In this document: positions 12,545 through 27,257 of the stretch, one piece after another
Layout of the letters: the number at the start of each line of letters is the position of its first letter
Numbering within the stretch: the stretch's first letter is position 1
DNA from: Octopus vulgaris
Taxonomy: Eukaryota
DNA: 64,000 bases
Direction of reading: 5' to 3'
Assembly (NCBI GenBank): GCA_951406725.2
Contig: OX597834.1
Span: 36,704,001 to 36,768,000, forward strand
Translations under genes and position numbers: made by a program
The notes under the pieces: model-generated
Told to the model about the DNA's origin: nothing
The model's database searches: none
Seen by the model: only the letters and a program-made list of their open reading frames with translations

Positions 12545-12841
12545 TTCCTTCTCGAGCCATGCCTGGCTCATAAGGGCCGGTTTCCCGGTTTCCTTGGCGT
12601 ATAGGTTCCCCACCTGGGCGGGACGCCGGTCCGTCGCAGGTGAGCTGCAAGATGCAGGAGGAAAGTGTGAGAGAAAGTTATGGCGAAAGTGTCAACAGAA
12701 GTTCGCCATTAACTTCTGCCGGAGCCGCGTGGAGCTTAGGTGTTTTGCTCATAAACTCACACATCGCACGGTCTGAGATTCGAACCCGCGATCCCTCGAC
12801 CGCGAGTCCGCTGCTCTAACCACTAGGCCATGTGCCTCCAC
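12545..12841 (-). mobile_element. tRNA-derived SINE (family D: head X + tail Q) with ~13-bp TSD
   Basis: Minus strand GTGGAGGCACATGGCCTAGTGGTTAGAGCAGCGGACTCGCGGTCG..GGTTCGAATCTC shares its head with 4949-5313 but has a different 3' half (CCTGCGACGGACCGGCGTCCCG..GGAAACCGGG). Flanks TAGACCGGATTAT / TAGACCGGTTTAT. Confidence 0.88.
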
Positions 12842-13537
12842 TAGACCGGTTTATAAGAAATACCGGACCATTAATCTCCGGAAAATCGGTGTTGTAGCTG
12901 TATTTATATTTGCAAGCGCACTTTAAACGATCGATTTTTAAATAAGTAAGTCCCAAACAAGGCAAGAAGCCACTTAGTATAAGGGGCCACGAAGAATGTG
13001 AAATGAAGACGAAAGGAATTAATTTACGTTTAGGCCTGAAAGAGTTCAGGTCATAAGAGGGAGAGAAACAATGAGATGGATGTTGCTATCGTAATTACTC
13101 CGCACTGAAGTATAAATTAGTTTGGGTTTTTTATATCGCAGCCGCTCCTCATCCTCTTGTTGTAATCAGTTGCGGGATCTTATCTTCTTCTAGCCTTTTG
13201 TAGAATTGGTACAAGTCTTGATTCAATTAAAAAAATCCACTGGAATCTTTTCTGATAGTTCTGTGACCCAAGATACCTGACCCCAGATTTCTGTTCGAGT
13301 GATGGCTGAGGAGTAGAAAGTCAATTGTTATTGACGATCAAATCAAATTTAGCCGCTTTTTTAATAATATGATATTTTCTGAAAAAAAGGTTTTTCTAAG
13401 ATTCAGAGCAGAAATTCTCAAACTAGGGTTGCAAGAGAATTAAAAGAGTAGGAAAGATTTTGAACCCCCCCCCCCAAAAAAAAAACACGGTGATTTTGAA
13501 ATAAACTTTTCAGCGTTGCACCCTCAAAATTTGTAAA

Positions 13538-13592
<55 letters not shown>

Positions 13593-13594
<2 letters not shown>

Positions 13595-13750
13595 CGACGG
13601 GTTTCTTTCAGTTTCCGTCTACCAAATCCACTCACAAGGCTTTGTTCCGCCCGGGGCTATAATAGAAGACACTTGTCCAAGATGCCATGCAGTGGGACGG
13701 AACCCGGAATCATGTTGTTTGGAAGCAAGATACACAGCCACTCCTGCGCC
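13593..13750 (-). mobile_element. Family B SINE 5' half
   Basis: Reverse complement of head and core, ending CACAGCCACTCCTGCGCC on the + strand. Confidence 0.85.
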
Positions 13751-13879
13751 TATGTGTGTGTGTGTGCATGTATATGTGTTTATATATGTATATGTAGGTA
13801 CGTACGTGTCTTAGTGAGAATGTGGATGCATATTTGTATATATATGTGTGTATGTGTGTGTTTGTTTGTGTGTGTGTGT

Positions 13880-15155
13880 TTACGTACGTATGTATGTATG
13901 CTTGTATGTATTTATGCACGCATGTACATGTATGTATATATTTATGTGTGTACATGTATGTATATATTTATGTGTGTATGTATGTATGCATTTATGTATG
14001 CATGTATGCATGTATGTATGTATGTATGTATGTATGTATGTATGTATGTATGTATGTATGTATGTACATGTATGTATTATGTATGTATGTATGTACGTAT
14101 GTATGTATGTATTATGTATGTATGTATGTATGTATGTATGTACGTATGTATGTACGCATGTATGTATGTACATGTATGTATTATGTATGTACGTATGTAT
14201 GTATGTATGTATGTATGTATGTATGTATGTATGTATGTATGTATGTATGTATGTATGTATGTATGTATGTATGTATGTATGTATGTATGTATGTATGTAT
14301 GTATGTATGTATGTATGTATATATTTATGTATGTATGTATGTATGCATGCATGCATGTATGTATGTATGTATGTACATGTATGTATATATTTATGTATGT
14401 ATGTATGTATGTATGTATGCATGCATGTATGTATGTATGTATGTACATGTATGTATTATGTATGTATGTATGTATGTATGTATGTATGTATGTATGTATG
14501 TATGTATGTATGTATGTATGTACGCATGTATGTATGTACATGTATGTATTATGTATGTACGTATGTATGTATGTATTATGTATGTATGTATGTACGTATG
14601 TATGTACGCATGTATGTATGTATTATGTATGTATGTATGTATGTATGTATGTATGTATTATGTATGTACGCATGTATGTATGTACATGTATGTATTATGT
14701 ATGTACGTATGTATGTATGTATGTATGAATGTATGTATGTATGTATGTATGTACATGTATGTATTATGTATGTATGTTTGTATGTATGTATGCATGCATG
14801 TATGTATGTATATATTTATGTATGTATGTATGTATGTATGTATGTATGTATGTATGCATGCATGTATGTATGTATGTATGTACATGTATGTATATATTTA
14901 TGTATGTATGTATGTATGTATGTATGTATGTATGTATGTATGTATGTATGTATGTATGTATGTATGTATGTATGTATGTATGTATGTATGCATGCATGTA
15001 TGTATGTATGTATATATTTATGTATGTATGTATGTATGTATGTATACATGCATGTATGTATGAATGTATGTATATGTATGTATATATTTATGTATGTATG
15101 TATGTATACATGCATGTATGTATGTATGTATGTATGTACGTACGCATGTATGTAT
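13880..15155. repeat. ~1.3 kb (TATG)n tetranucleotide array with recurrent variant units
   Basis: Visible; source of the long MYVC-type ORFs. Confidence 0.95.
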
Positions 15156-16017
15156 ATGTGGTTCGGTCGAGGTAATTCAATGTTGTGTTCAATGTAAAAG
15201 CTTATCTTGATCGTTCCGCTTCGAAGATGAAACAAAGGGGATTTCTTTTAAAAAAAGCCCAAAAAAACAACAGAATTAAAGAAAAACAATCAAATACCCC
15301 TAAACAAATATCTTCAATAAGAAACAACGACAACAGCAACAGCAACAACAGCTGTATCAATGACAAGCAACAGCAACAAGAACAACAATTGCTGCGGGAA
15401 ACAGGGTTTTTGACGGACGCGTGGGAGACACGCTTATTTCGCTTGGCGATCGCCATTGGACAAGGAATTATTGTCATGGTTGCTTGGTCCTCGTCTCTTG
15501 AAGAGGGGAGAGAGAGAAACGGGGGGGGGATGAGAGGGGGATGAGATGGGGGGATGAGAGGGGGGTAGGTGAACGAGTGTTCTGGTTCCGTACTAGGTGT
15601 GCAGGATGTAGTGCGTAGGTTGAATGGAGTGGGCGTCGGATGGAAATAGAAAGGAAAGGAGGGGGAGAGGGCAGAAAAAGTGATGGGCAGAGGAAGGGTG
15701 GTAGGAGGAGATGAGGAAAGAATGAGCGAGAGGGTGCGTATGTGTGTGCGTGTGTGTATGTGTGCGCGTGTGTGTATGTGTGAGAGAGTGTATGCGTGTG
15801 TGTGTGAGAGAGAGAGTGCATGTGAGCGTGTGCGTATGTGCATGCGTGTATGTGTATGTGTGTGTGTATGTATATGTGTGTGCGTGTGTGTGTGTGTGTG
15901 TGTGTGAAATGACATAAAAGGGAAGTCGACCGCTGATACTTTACTTTAACGACCCCAAAATGATGAAAGATCAAGTCACGTGTGTGTGTGTGTATGTGTG
16001 TATGTGTTTGTATGTGT

Positions 16018-16053
<36 letters not shown>

Positions 16054-16460
16054 CATGCTAGCATCTGTTGAACAGCAAAGCATGTGTCGAGGTGGATGCC
16101 CCCAGCTGCTTTTTGTGTCATCTTTGGTTGCCAGCGAAAGGAAGAAATAGATAAAAGGAGAAAAAGGGAGACTTAGAGAGAGAGAGAGAGAGAGAGAGAG
16201 GGAAAGAAAGAGAGAGAGACTGGCTGCGAGAGGGAAAGAGAAGCAGAGAGAAGAAGGAAGGATGTTGTGGCCACAAAGTACATGTTTGTTAAATGTCACC
16301 CGGCGTAAGTTCACCGTCTTGTAATTTTGGACTTAAAGGAAGGGGACCCACCCCGAACTACGTTGTAGGGACCAGTTGGAAATGAACTTCCCCTAAACGT
16401 GCCCACTGCTCTAAATGACATCGTTACCTTGCCCCAACTCGAACCCCTTCTCTCCAACTG

Positions 16461-16501
<41 letters not shown>

Positions 16502-16502
<1 letters not shown>

Positions 16503-16838
16503 TTTACTCTTTTACTTGTTTCAGTCATTTGACTGCGGCCATGCTGGAGCACCACCTTTAGTCGAGCAAATCGACCCCGGGACTTATTCTTTGTAAGCCC
16601 AGTACTTAGTCTATCGGTCTCTTTTGCCGAACCGCTAAGTGACGGGGACGTAAACACACCAACATCGGTTGTCAAACAATGCTAGGGGTACAAACACAGA
16701 CACGCAAACACAATATATACGACAGGCTTCGTTCAGTTTCCGTCTACCAAATCCACTCACAAGATATTGGTCGGCCCGGGGCTATAGCAGAAGACACTTG
16801 CCGAAGATGCTACTTACCACACAGCCACTCCTGCGCCT
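16502..16838 (-). mobile_element. Family B SINE with internal deletion in the head
   Basis: Tail TTTTACTTGTTTCAGTCATTTGACTGCGGCCATGCTGGAG through head CACAGCCACTCCTGCGCC on the + strand. Confidence 0.88.
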
Positions 16839-17434
16839 ATGTGTATATATATATATTTATGTGTGTGTGTGTGTGTAAGGGAAAAGAGGGGTAGAAAGGA
16901 GGGAATAGGAGGGAGAGAGAGAGAGAGAGAGTGAGAGAGAGAGAGTGAGAGAAAGAACCTTTTCCTTCATCTTTCATCTAAAGTGACTGACCAAACAGAT
17001 GGATTTATCTTTTTACACCAACAAAAGATGAAAGTCCCTTTATACATTTTTATACTCTTCACACACACACACGCATGTGTGTGCGTGTGTGCGTGCGTGT
17101 GTGTGTGTTGTATACGTATGTATGTACGCAGAAAAGGCTATAATCCAAGCTTTGTCCTCATGAATTCCAAAAATATTCAAAATTTCTGTTTTAATATAAG
17201 TATATATATATAGGTGTGTGTGTGTGTGTGGCTGTGTGTGTGTGTGGCTGTGTGTGTGTGGCTGTGTGTGTGTGTGTGTGGCTGTGTGTGTGTGGCTGTG
17301 TGTGTGGCTGTGTGATAAGAGGCTTGCTTCCCAACCACATGGTTACGGGTTCAGTCCCACTGCGGGTATCTTCTACTATAGCCTTGGACCAACCAAAGCC
17401 CTGAGACGGAAATTGAAAGAAGCCCGTCATATTA

Positions 17435-17586
<152 letters not shown>

Positions 17587-17593
17587 CATACAT

Positions 17594-17633
<40 letters not shown>

Positions 17634-17647
17634 GTAAAGTGAATACC

Positions 17648-17877
17648 TATTTCTTTACTACCCACAAGGGGGTAAACACAGAGAGGACAAACAAGGACAA
17701 ACGGATTAAGTCGATTACATCGACCCCAGTGCGTAACTGGTACTTATTTAATCGACCCCGAAAGGATGAAAGGCAAAGTCGACCTCGGCGGAATTTGAAC
17801 TCAGAACGTAACGGCAGACGAAATACCACTAAGCATTTCGCCCGGCCTGCTAAAGTTTCTGCCAGCTCACCGCCCTC
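17648..17877 (-). mobile_element. Full-length family A SINE with 13-bp TSD
   Basis: Family A sequence flanked by TAAAGTGAATACC at 17635-17647 and 17878-17890. Confidence 0.92.
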
Positions 17878-18344
17878 TAAAGTGAATACCAGTAATATGT
17901 TACGGTCAGACGCAACGTGTGGGTTACATGTGTCATGAAACTAGAGAAAAAGAAATAACATTTCACAACGATATAAAACTGATTATTCATGATGGTGGTG
18001 GTAGTAGTAGTAGTAGGAGTAGTAGTAGTAATAGTAGTAGTAGTAGTAGTAGTAGTAATAGTTGTAGTAGTTGTTGTTGTTGTTGTTGTTGTTATTGCTT
18101 CTGCTGTTGTGTTGGAGTTTATTGCTACTGTAAATGTTATTACCAAGTCAGCCGAAAAAGGCATCACCGTCCTTCCCCTCCTCCCCCTCCTCCTCCTCCA
18201 CATCATCGTCATCATCATCGAATCGTTTTCGTCCTTGTCATCATCATCATCATCACCATCATCAACAGTATCCTCGTCGTCGTCGTCTTCATCGTTGCCG
18301 CCGTCGCCGCCGTTGTCTCCGTTGTCGTCGTCGTCGTCGTCGTT

Positions 18345-18414
<70 letters not shown>

Positions 18415-19163
18415 GGATTAAAAAACGAAATGATGAAAATTAAAAAAAGAACAAGGAATGGCGAAGTTGCTGTGGTGGTGGTGGTGGTGATGCTGATGAT
18501 GATGATAGTGGAAGTGATTGTGATAATGATGATGATGACGACGACGATAATGAGGATAACGATGATGATGATGCTAATGATGTTGATGACAATAATACTG
18601 ATGATAGCTCAAAAAATTTGTTTTTTTTCTCTCTCTCTCTCTCTCAAACATGTCTGCATATGTAGTTACCTAAAATTCTTTTATATCTCCTTCCCAAGGG
18701 ACGACGCGAACGCAGGACCGTTGAATGCAATGTGACAGAGTACACAATCCTGTAGACGTGGAGCGGCTTTACATACACGGGAATGGCGGTGTTTACCTTG
18801 TGTCCAACCAGCCATTGGAACGTTGAAAAGGGACGAAACGGGTATTAAGTTGTGTTGGTAATAGTAATAGTGGTGGTGGTGGCCGTGGCGGCGGTCGTGT
18901 GGTGGTGTTGATGGTGATGTGGTGGCGGTGGCGGGAGTAGTAGTGATGGCGGTAGCCCACCCAGTCTCTTTGCTGGTGGTTAGTCGATTTTATTGACTTC
19001 TTATACATACATACATACATACATACATACATACATACATACATACATACATACATACATACATACACATACATGCACACATACACACACATGCATACAT
19101 ACATACATACATACATACATACATACATACACATACATGCACACATACACACACATGCATACA

Positions 19164-19195
<32 letters not shown>

Positions 19196-19354
19196 CGCAT
19201 ACAAATACGTATATATACATACGTACGTAAATATATTCAAACACACATACGTATGTACGTACATGCGTACATACATAAACACACACTAGGTACATACACA
19301 CACAGACACATACACACATACATACACAAATACACACATACATACACTCATACA

Positions 19355-19387
<33 letters not shown>

Positions 19388-19567
19388 GCTTACTTACAAA
19401 TACTATATATACTTACGAACATAATATATACATACTCACATACATACGAACACGCGTACATACATACACACATACACATACATACACATATATATATACA
19501 TATACACAGACACATGATACATGCATACATATACATATACTTACATACACACAGAGAACATAGATAT

Positions 19568-19612
<45 letters not shown>

Positions 19613-20123
19613 ATATAATATTGATTGATAGATAGATATACATTCTTATAATGTATGTATATATATATATATATACATATATATGGATATGCACATGTAT
19701 GTGTGTGTGTAAAAGTATTCATATATGTATAAATATTTATGTATGTATATATATATAATATATACAAATATAAATGTGAATACACGTAAATATATATTCA
19801 TATCTATATGTGTATACAACGTGCATATATAAATATACAAAACACACATATACCCGTTGTATATATGTACATATATGCATGTGCGTATATACATATGTAT
19901 ATATATATATATAAAATAATAGCTGAAAAATATCGTTACAGGTATAAATATACCATAAACAAGTATTAAAAAGTGGAGCAGAAAAAGAATAAATCAAAAT
20001 TAGATTTATTACAAAATTGGATTCAATACATACGCACGTTTCAAAAGACAATACAAATATAAGAAAAATTATAATCATAGTAATTATAATTAAATTTATG
20101 CATTGCCATATATGCTATATATA

Positions 20124-20261
<138 letters not shown>

Positions 20262-20309
20262 CATATATATATATATATATATGTTTGTGTGTGTATGTGT
20301 GTGTGTGTG

Positions 20310-20425
20310 TGAAGAGCGCAGGCTCGAAACGTAAAAGACTTTCTCACTTCTCGAGCGTTAAACTAATACATATATTTGTTGTTTGTACACCCGTCTTCGT
20401 CTTTTTTTTTATCGTAAATTCTCAC
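20310..20425 (+). mobile_element. Hammerhead-motif short element, 5'-truncated
   Basis: TGA-A-GAGC-GCAG-GCTC-GAAA-CGTA-AAAG directly after (TG)n; homologous to minus-strand copies at ~20905-21100 and ~21295-21480. Confidence 0.55.
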
Positions 20426-20445
20426 TATATATGTGTGTGTATGTA

Positions 20446-20487
<42 letters not shown>

Positions 20488-20488
20488 G

Positions 20489-20520
<32 letters not shown>

Positions 20521-20535
20521 CTGTTTATATTAATC

Positions 20536-20616
20536 TTGGGCGTCTTCTACTATAGCCTCGGGCTGACCAAAGCTTTGTGAGTGGATTTGGTAGACGGAAA
20601 CTGAAAGAAGGCCGTC

Positions 20617-20677
<61 letters not shown>

Positions 20678-20885
20678 CGTGTGTGCGCGTTTGTCCCCCA
20701 CTATCGCTTGACAAGCGATGTTGGTGTGTTTACGTTCCCGTAGCCTGGCGGTTCGGCAAATAGGACAATAGAATAAGTACTAGGGCTTACAAAGAATGAG
20801 TCCTGCGGTTGATTTGTTTCACTAAAGGCTGTGCTTCAGCGTGGCCGCTGTCAAATGACTGAAGCAAGTAAAAGAATAAAAGAAT
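20536..20885 (+). mobile_element. Family B SINE, 5'-truncated
   Basis: Core, internal TA/TG tract and tail are present. Confidence 0.85.
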
Positions 20886-20904
20886 ATATAAATATATATA
20901 TATA

Positions 20905-21100
20905 CCCACATGTAGTTGAAGTTTACAGAAAGACAAAAGACGAAGACAGGTGTATAAACAACAAACAGGTGTATTAGTTTGACGCTTGGGAACGTGAGAA
21001 AATCTTTTACGTTTCGAGCCTACGCTCTTCAGCAGAAAGGAACACGAGGAAATAAACAGAGAGAGAGAATAAAAAAAACTTTGGGAGTTTTGGTCAAATA
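20905..21100 (-). mobile_element. Hammerhead-motif short element
   Basis: Minus strand 21004-21039: CTTT-CTGCTGA-A-GAGC-GTAG-GCTC-GAAA-CGTA-AAAG. Confidence 0.55.
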
Positions 21101-21125
21101 TCCACATGTATACATATAATTAAAA

Positions 21126-21202
<77 letters not shown>

Positions 21203-21294
21203 TGAATATATATATATATATAGATATATATATCTGTGTGTGTGTGTGTGTGTGCGTGTGCGTGTGTGTGTATGTGTATATATATATATATATA

Positions 21295-21480
21295 ACGGGA
21301 AGGTTTACGAAAAAAAAAAAAAAGACGAAGGCAGGTGGAGTACAAGCAAACAAATGTATTAGTATGGCGCTCAGGAATAGAAATAGAACAAGTCTTTTAC
21401 GTTTCGAGCCTACGCTCTTCAACAGAAAGATACACAGAAAAGAAACAAGGAGAGAAAAAAATGCGTGTAGGAGATAACGG
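21295..21480 (-). mobile_element. Hammerhead-motif short element
   Basis: Minus strand 21394-21429: CTTT-CTGTTGA-A-GAGC-GTAG-GCTC-GAAA-CGTA-AAAG; (TA)n on both sides. Confidence 0.55.
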
Positions 21481-22200
21481 TCCATATATATATATATATA
21501 CGCGCACACATATATATTTATATGTGTGCGTGTATATATACGTTAGGTGATGGTATATGTGTATGTGTTTTCTTGTGTGGTAATGAATAAACATCTATTT
21601 TGTATACATGCTATATAAATATGTCGATCGAAAATTTATCGAAAATAGGACTTAGTCTTATTTAAGTTTTCACTGTGTGTCGCATTTCTTTCAGCTGATG
21701 GAAACGCGCGTGCGCACAGACAGACAGGGACACACAATCATACACACATATGCCGGCACACGCACGCATAAACACACATACATACACACATATACAAAGA
21801 CTTACGTAAACACACTTTCTTGAATATATCTCCATGTGTATCAATTCATTTCTCTCTCACTTTTTAATTTCATCTCACACTCTCCCGCCCCCCCACACAT
21901 ACATGGATGTATATAGATACACATTCATAGATATATGAAAACAGATATATGTGTGCGTGTGAATGTGCATCCACTCCATGTATAATTATATTAATATTGA
22001 TAGATTGATCAAGATGTATATATACATACATGCAAACATACATACAGACGTATATGTGTAAATATTCATATAAATACATACATATATATATAGATATATT
22101 TATATATATGTATATATATGTTTATATATGTATATATATGTATATATATATATGTTTATATATGTATATATATATATGTTTATATATATATATATTTATA

Positions 22201-22373
<173 letters not shown>

Positions 22374-22906
22374 GTATATAACACACATGCATTGATAGAT
22401 ATACATCACGCTTGATCGATATTCCGATCGATTGTTAAATAGATCAATAAGCAGATAGGTATATAGATAGATGACTGGCCTGATTGGTTACCTTCAAAAG
22501 AAATTGATATTTGACGTAAAGATGTTTTTATAAAGAGACATAGAAACTGCTTATACGCTTCCTCCTAGACTGATAGTGAAACTGTGACATGAATGGATGT
22601 TACTGTGAGAGAGGAGAGAATAACATTAGTAAAAGTTTGCTAGAAATATCGAGCCATCATCTGATGTTGCAAAGACGAAAGGTAAACAGTTTTAAACAGG
22701 AAATTTTTATGAAAGGAACAAACAAAATTATTTCGATGTTTTTTTTCTACTTATTCCCGTATTTGTGAATGACGTACAAATCCGTATTTGTATACACACA
22801 CACACACACACATTCACACTCACGCACACACACACACACACAAACAAACATCTATATATATGTACATTTGTATATATATATGCATAAGAATATATACTTA
22901 CACATA

Positions 22907-22945
<39 letters not shown>

Positions 22946-22963
22946 ACATACATAATATACATG

Positions 22964-23007
<44 letters not shown>

Positions 23008-23031
23008 TATATATGTATATATACATACATG

Positions 23032-23082
<51 letters not shown>

Positions 23083-23857
23083 CTATCTATCTGTCTGTGT
23101 ATCTGTCTATGTATTGATCTATTTATCTATCTATTCATATCTTAACCGTCCATGTGATTGCTCGCAGCAAACCGTATGTAAATTAAGTTTAGTATAAACA
23201 ATCTTTGCTTGTTCACCAATCATTCTGCCGAAGCACTCGCACCTCCTTTGCGTATTACTCCATATGAAACACGTGATCAACGCTTTGCTTCTAGGGTCCA
23301 ATTTTTCTTCTTGATGTTATGTTTGTTTCCTTAATTTATTTTCTTGGTTTCTTTCAGCAAAAAAAAAACAAAAACGTATTAACGTATTTTTGTAGAAAAG
23401 CTAACACTTTGCAGCAACGTGGTTTCGCAATTACATAGTGTGGATATACTGCAGAAAGCCACGAAACTGTGATATTCGTCTCGAGACAGCAACTCCTATA
23501 TAATGCTAAGAAGCACGGGATTACATCTGCAATTGAAGAAAATGTCCAGCAGTTGTAGTGGAATTGCTAAATTTTTGCTACTTTGATCGTCATTCCACGT
23601 TAAGTAAGGTATATACAATGCTATTTAGAACTAATACCGCTTACATCGTTGATAACGAATTTTTACCAAGACAGCCGGCTACTTGCAACGTCAGTGGCTT
23701 GTCAATAATTATTTTTCTATATAAATTTGTCGGACCATGCATTTTCTAAGGGGATACTTGTTCAGTGGGACTGAACCCGGAACCATGTGGCTGGTAAGCA
23801 ACCTACTTACCACACAGCCATTCCTGCGCCTGTATATATATATATATATATATATAT

Positions 23858-24050
23858 GATGCAAAACGGGAAAACAAAACATCCAGATAGACGATACAAA
23901 AAAGGACAGGTCATTCGAAGCTTTCTATCCTCAGTCAAGAACCGGATCATCCTCGCAATTTCGGCTGAGGATAGAAAACTTCGAATGACTCGTCCTTGTT
24001 CGATTTTTTGTATCGTCTATCTGGATGTTTTGTTTTTCCTTTTTTGTATC
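23858..24050. repeat. Imperfect fold-back (~80-bp inverted arms, ~26-nt spacer) between (TA)n tracts
   Basis: CAAAACATCCAGATAGACGATACAAAAAA..GTCATTCGAAGCTTTCTATCCTCAG pairs with CTGAGGATAGAAAACTTCGAATGAC..TTTTTTGTATCGTCTATCTGGATGTTTTG. Confidence 0.85.
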
Positions 24051-24132
24051 ACCTAGTTGTCCGGATGTTTTGCGTTCTTGTCCCATTTTGTATTTCATAT
24101 ATATATAGCGGCGTACGTACACTTTGTTCCCC

Positions 24133-24200
<68 letters not shown>

Positions 24201-24432
24201 ATTTGAAAGACGGTAACTGAAAAAAAGCCCGTCGTATACAGGGTTATAGAATAAGATACTTTCCCAAGGTGCTACACACTGAAACAGAACTCGGAACCTA
24301 GAGGTTGGGAAATAAGCTTCTAAAAACAATATATATATATATATATAAAATTAATTAAGGGTAGAAATTGATATTTATCAATTAAGACCAGTGGTCTAGC
24401 ATATTAAAAAAGAATCCGAAGATTAAAATATT

Positions 24433-24645
24433 TATATATACCAATTAAGGACTGAACACGAAAAGTGGACAGTCAACATGCTAGATATAGACGTCAAATC
24501 GCCATTCACCACAAAAGATTATGTTCTCAGATCAAACTGAGTTTGATCTGAGAACATAATCTTTTGTGGTGAATGGCGATTTGACGTCTATATCTAGCAT
24601 GTTGACTGTCCACTTTTCGTGTTCAGTCCTTAATTGGTATATATA
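24433..24645. repeat. Perfect palindrome: 98-bp complex arms plus TA flanks, 1-nt spacer at 24539
   Basis: 24441-24538 is the exact reverse complement of 24540-24637 by eye (..CTCAGATCAAACT-G-AGTTTGATCTGAG..). Confidence 0.92.
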
Positions 24646-25329
24646 TATATATATATATATAAAGGAAACCATATTTTTACTTATAAAATTTCTTTCTGTT
24701 GCATATCTCACTCTCTAATCTATTTCCACGTCACTTCCTGTCCCATGTTTTCTCAACTCGTACAAACATTTGCTCGTATTTAACAACCACCAAGTGTAGT
24801 CACTGCTTCTTGTTTTTTGCCAAATTAAATCAAAGACAAAATTGTTGACAAAAAAAAAAAAGAAACTTGTTTTATTTTATTATCAAAAGAATGTTTTAAG
24901 ATCTGTTGCTAATCTATTATGTCTTCTTCTTCTTCTTCTTCTTCTTCTTCTTCTTCTTCTTCTTCTTCTTCTTCTTCTTCTTCTTCTTCTTCTTCTTCTT
25001 CTTCTTCTTCTTCTTCTTCCTCCTCTCCTCCTCTCATGATCATCATCACTGTCGTCGTCGTCATCATCATCATCGTCATCATCATCGTCATCGTCATCGT
25101 CATCGTCGTCGTCGTCGTCGTCATCATCATCATCATCATCATCTTCACTACAACAAACACCACCATCACCACCATCATCATAATCAGCTTTCTCATTTTA
25201 TAAATCTATCAATATAACACACACACACACACACAAACCCAACAACAACAACAACAACAACAACAACAAACGAAGGAATTAAACAATTATAACACAAAAA
25301 TAAAATAAATAAAACAAAATAACAAAAAT

Positions 25330-25374
25330 GATAGTAATAACAATAATATCAATAACAACAACAACAACAACAAC

Positions 25375-25424
<50 letters not shown>

Positions 25425-25443
25425 TGATAATAATAATAATAAC

Positions 25444-25496
<53 letters not shown>

Positions 25497-25507
25497 CAAT
25501 GATAATG

Positions 25508-25544
<37 letters not shown>

Positions 25545-25638
25545 TGATGATGATGATAATAATAATAATAACAATAATGATAATAATAATAATAATGATA
25601 ATAATGATAATAATAATAATAATAACAACAACAACAAC

Positions 25639-25675
<37 letters not shown>

Positions 25676-25732
25676 TTAATAATAATAATAATAACAACAA
25701 CAACAACAACAACAATAATAATAATAATAATG

Positions 25733-25778
<46 letters not shown>

Positions 25779-25795
25779 CAATAATAATAATAATA
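25330..25795. repeat. (AAT)n/(AAC)n array
   Basis: Visible. Confidence 0.95.
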
Positions 25796-26129
25796 TATCA
25801 ATAATTAAAGCAGACAAGCAAACAAACATAAATATGAAATGTAACAAATGGCGCTGCCAAATTCATTGAAGAACAGAAGAGAGACAACGTTTTATTTGGT
25901 GTAGCGTTTTGTTTTCCTGATTGTTTAAAAGATTTCATATTGTTTTATATCACCATCATCATCATCATCATCAAACAACATCCTCCTCCTCCTCCCCTTC
26001 CTCCTCCTCCTCCTCATCATCATCATCGTCACCATCACCACAACCACCACCGCCACCATCACCACCACCATCATCATCTGCAAGCAGCACTAGAACCACA
26101 ACTACCACCACCATCATCGGTATCATTAT

Positions 26130-26176
26130 CATCATCATTATTATTTTTATTATTATTATTGCTTTTGTTGTTGTTG

Positions 26177-26226
<50 letters not shown>

Positions 26227-26510
26227 GTTATTATTATTATTATTATTATCATTATTGTCGTTGTTGTTATTATTATTATTATCATCATCATTATTATTAT
26301 TATTGTTGTTGTTGCTGTTGTTATTGTTATTGTTATTATCATTCTTAGTCTTGTTGTTGTTGTTGTTGCTGTTATTATTATTATTATTATCATTATTATT
26401 ATTGTTGTTGTTGTTGTTGTTGTTGTTGCTGTTGTTGTTATTGTTATTGTTATTATTATTCTTATTCTTGTTGTTGTTGTTGTTGTTGTTATTATTATTA
26501 TTATTAATTT
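26130..26510. repeat. (ATT)n/(GTT)n array
   Basis: Visible; opposite polarity to 25330-25795. Confidence 0.95.
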
Positions 26511-27126
26511 TTTTACCGGTGTTTTGTTCTGATAACTATGGGCAGCTGAGATTTTTTGTTTTTTCTTCTTTTCCATTTTCCATTTTTTTTTTTTCTTTTT
26601 TGGTTGGAAGTCTCTGTATTTATATGCATCATCATTCTATGCCAGTCTGTCGAATTCCATATTTCTGCTATCTTCTCATTTCGATCTCTCTTGAATTCGT
26701 TATTCCACATTCTTCCAGTCAATCATATCATTTGCCCCCCTTTTTTGTTCTTTTTGCCGCCAAAATCTGAAAAATATAAAAAGAAACCCTAAAAAAAAAA
26801 CCCACGCCAAAGAGAATTTGAGACAAATGGTATTATTTATGGTTAGTCACGGTATTGTCAGAAAGGAGGCGTGGGGGAGAGGTGTTCGGCTAATGCTGCT
26901 GGTAATGGTTATGTTGATGGTGTGGTGATGGTGAGGATGATGGTAGTGGCTTTGGTATTTGGTGCTGTTGCTGTTGTTGGTGGTGGTGGTGTTCTTTAGA
27001 TGTAAAAGAATTACTCGCTCTTTAATGATGGAGATAAGAAAATGGATACAGGAAATTTGACGAAAAAACAAGTTGGCAAGTCTTATCAAAAATTTATGTA
27101 TGTGTACACGTATGCATGTATGTATA

Positions 27127-27179
<53 letters not shown>

Positions 27180-27220
27180 TACATATGCATACATGCACAA
27201 ATATATACATGCATACATAT

Positions 27221-27257
<37 letters not shown>

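Noticed and set aside
12360-12905. Weak inverted similarity around the family D SINE suggesting an old MITE
   Set aside because: Only ~28 bp at low identity and no clear TSD.
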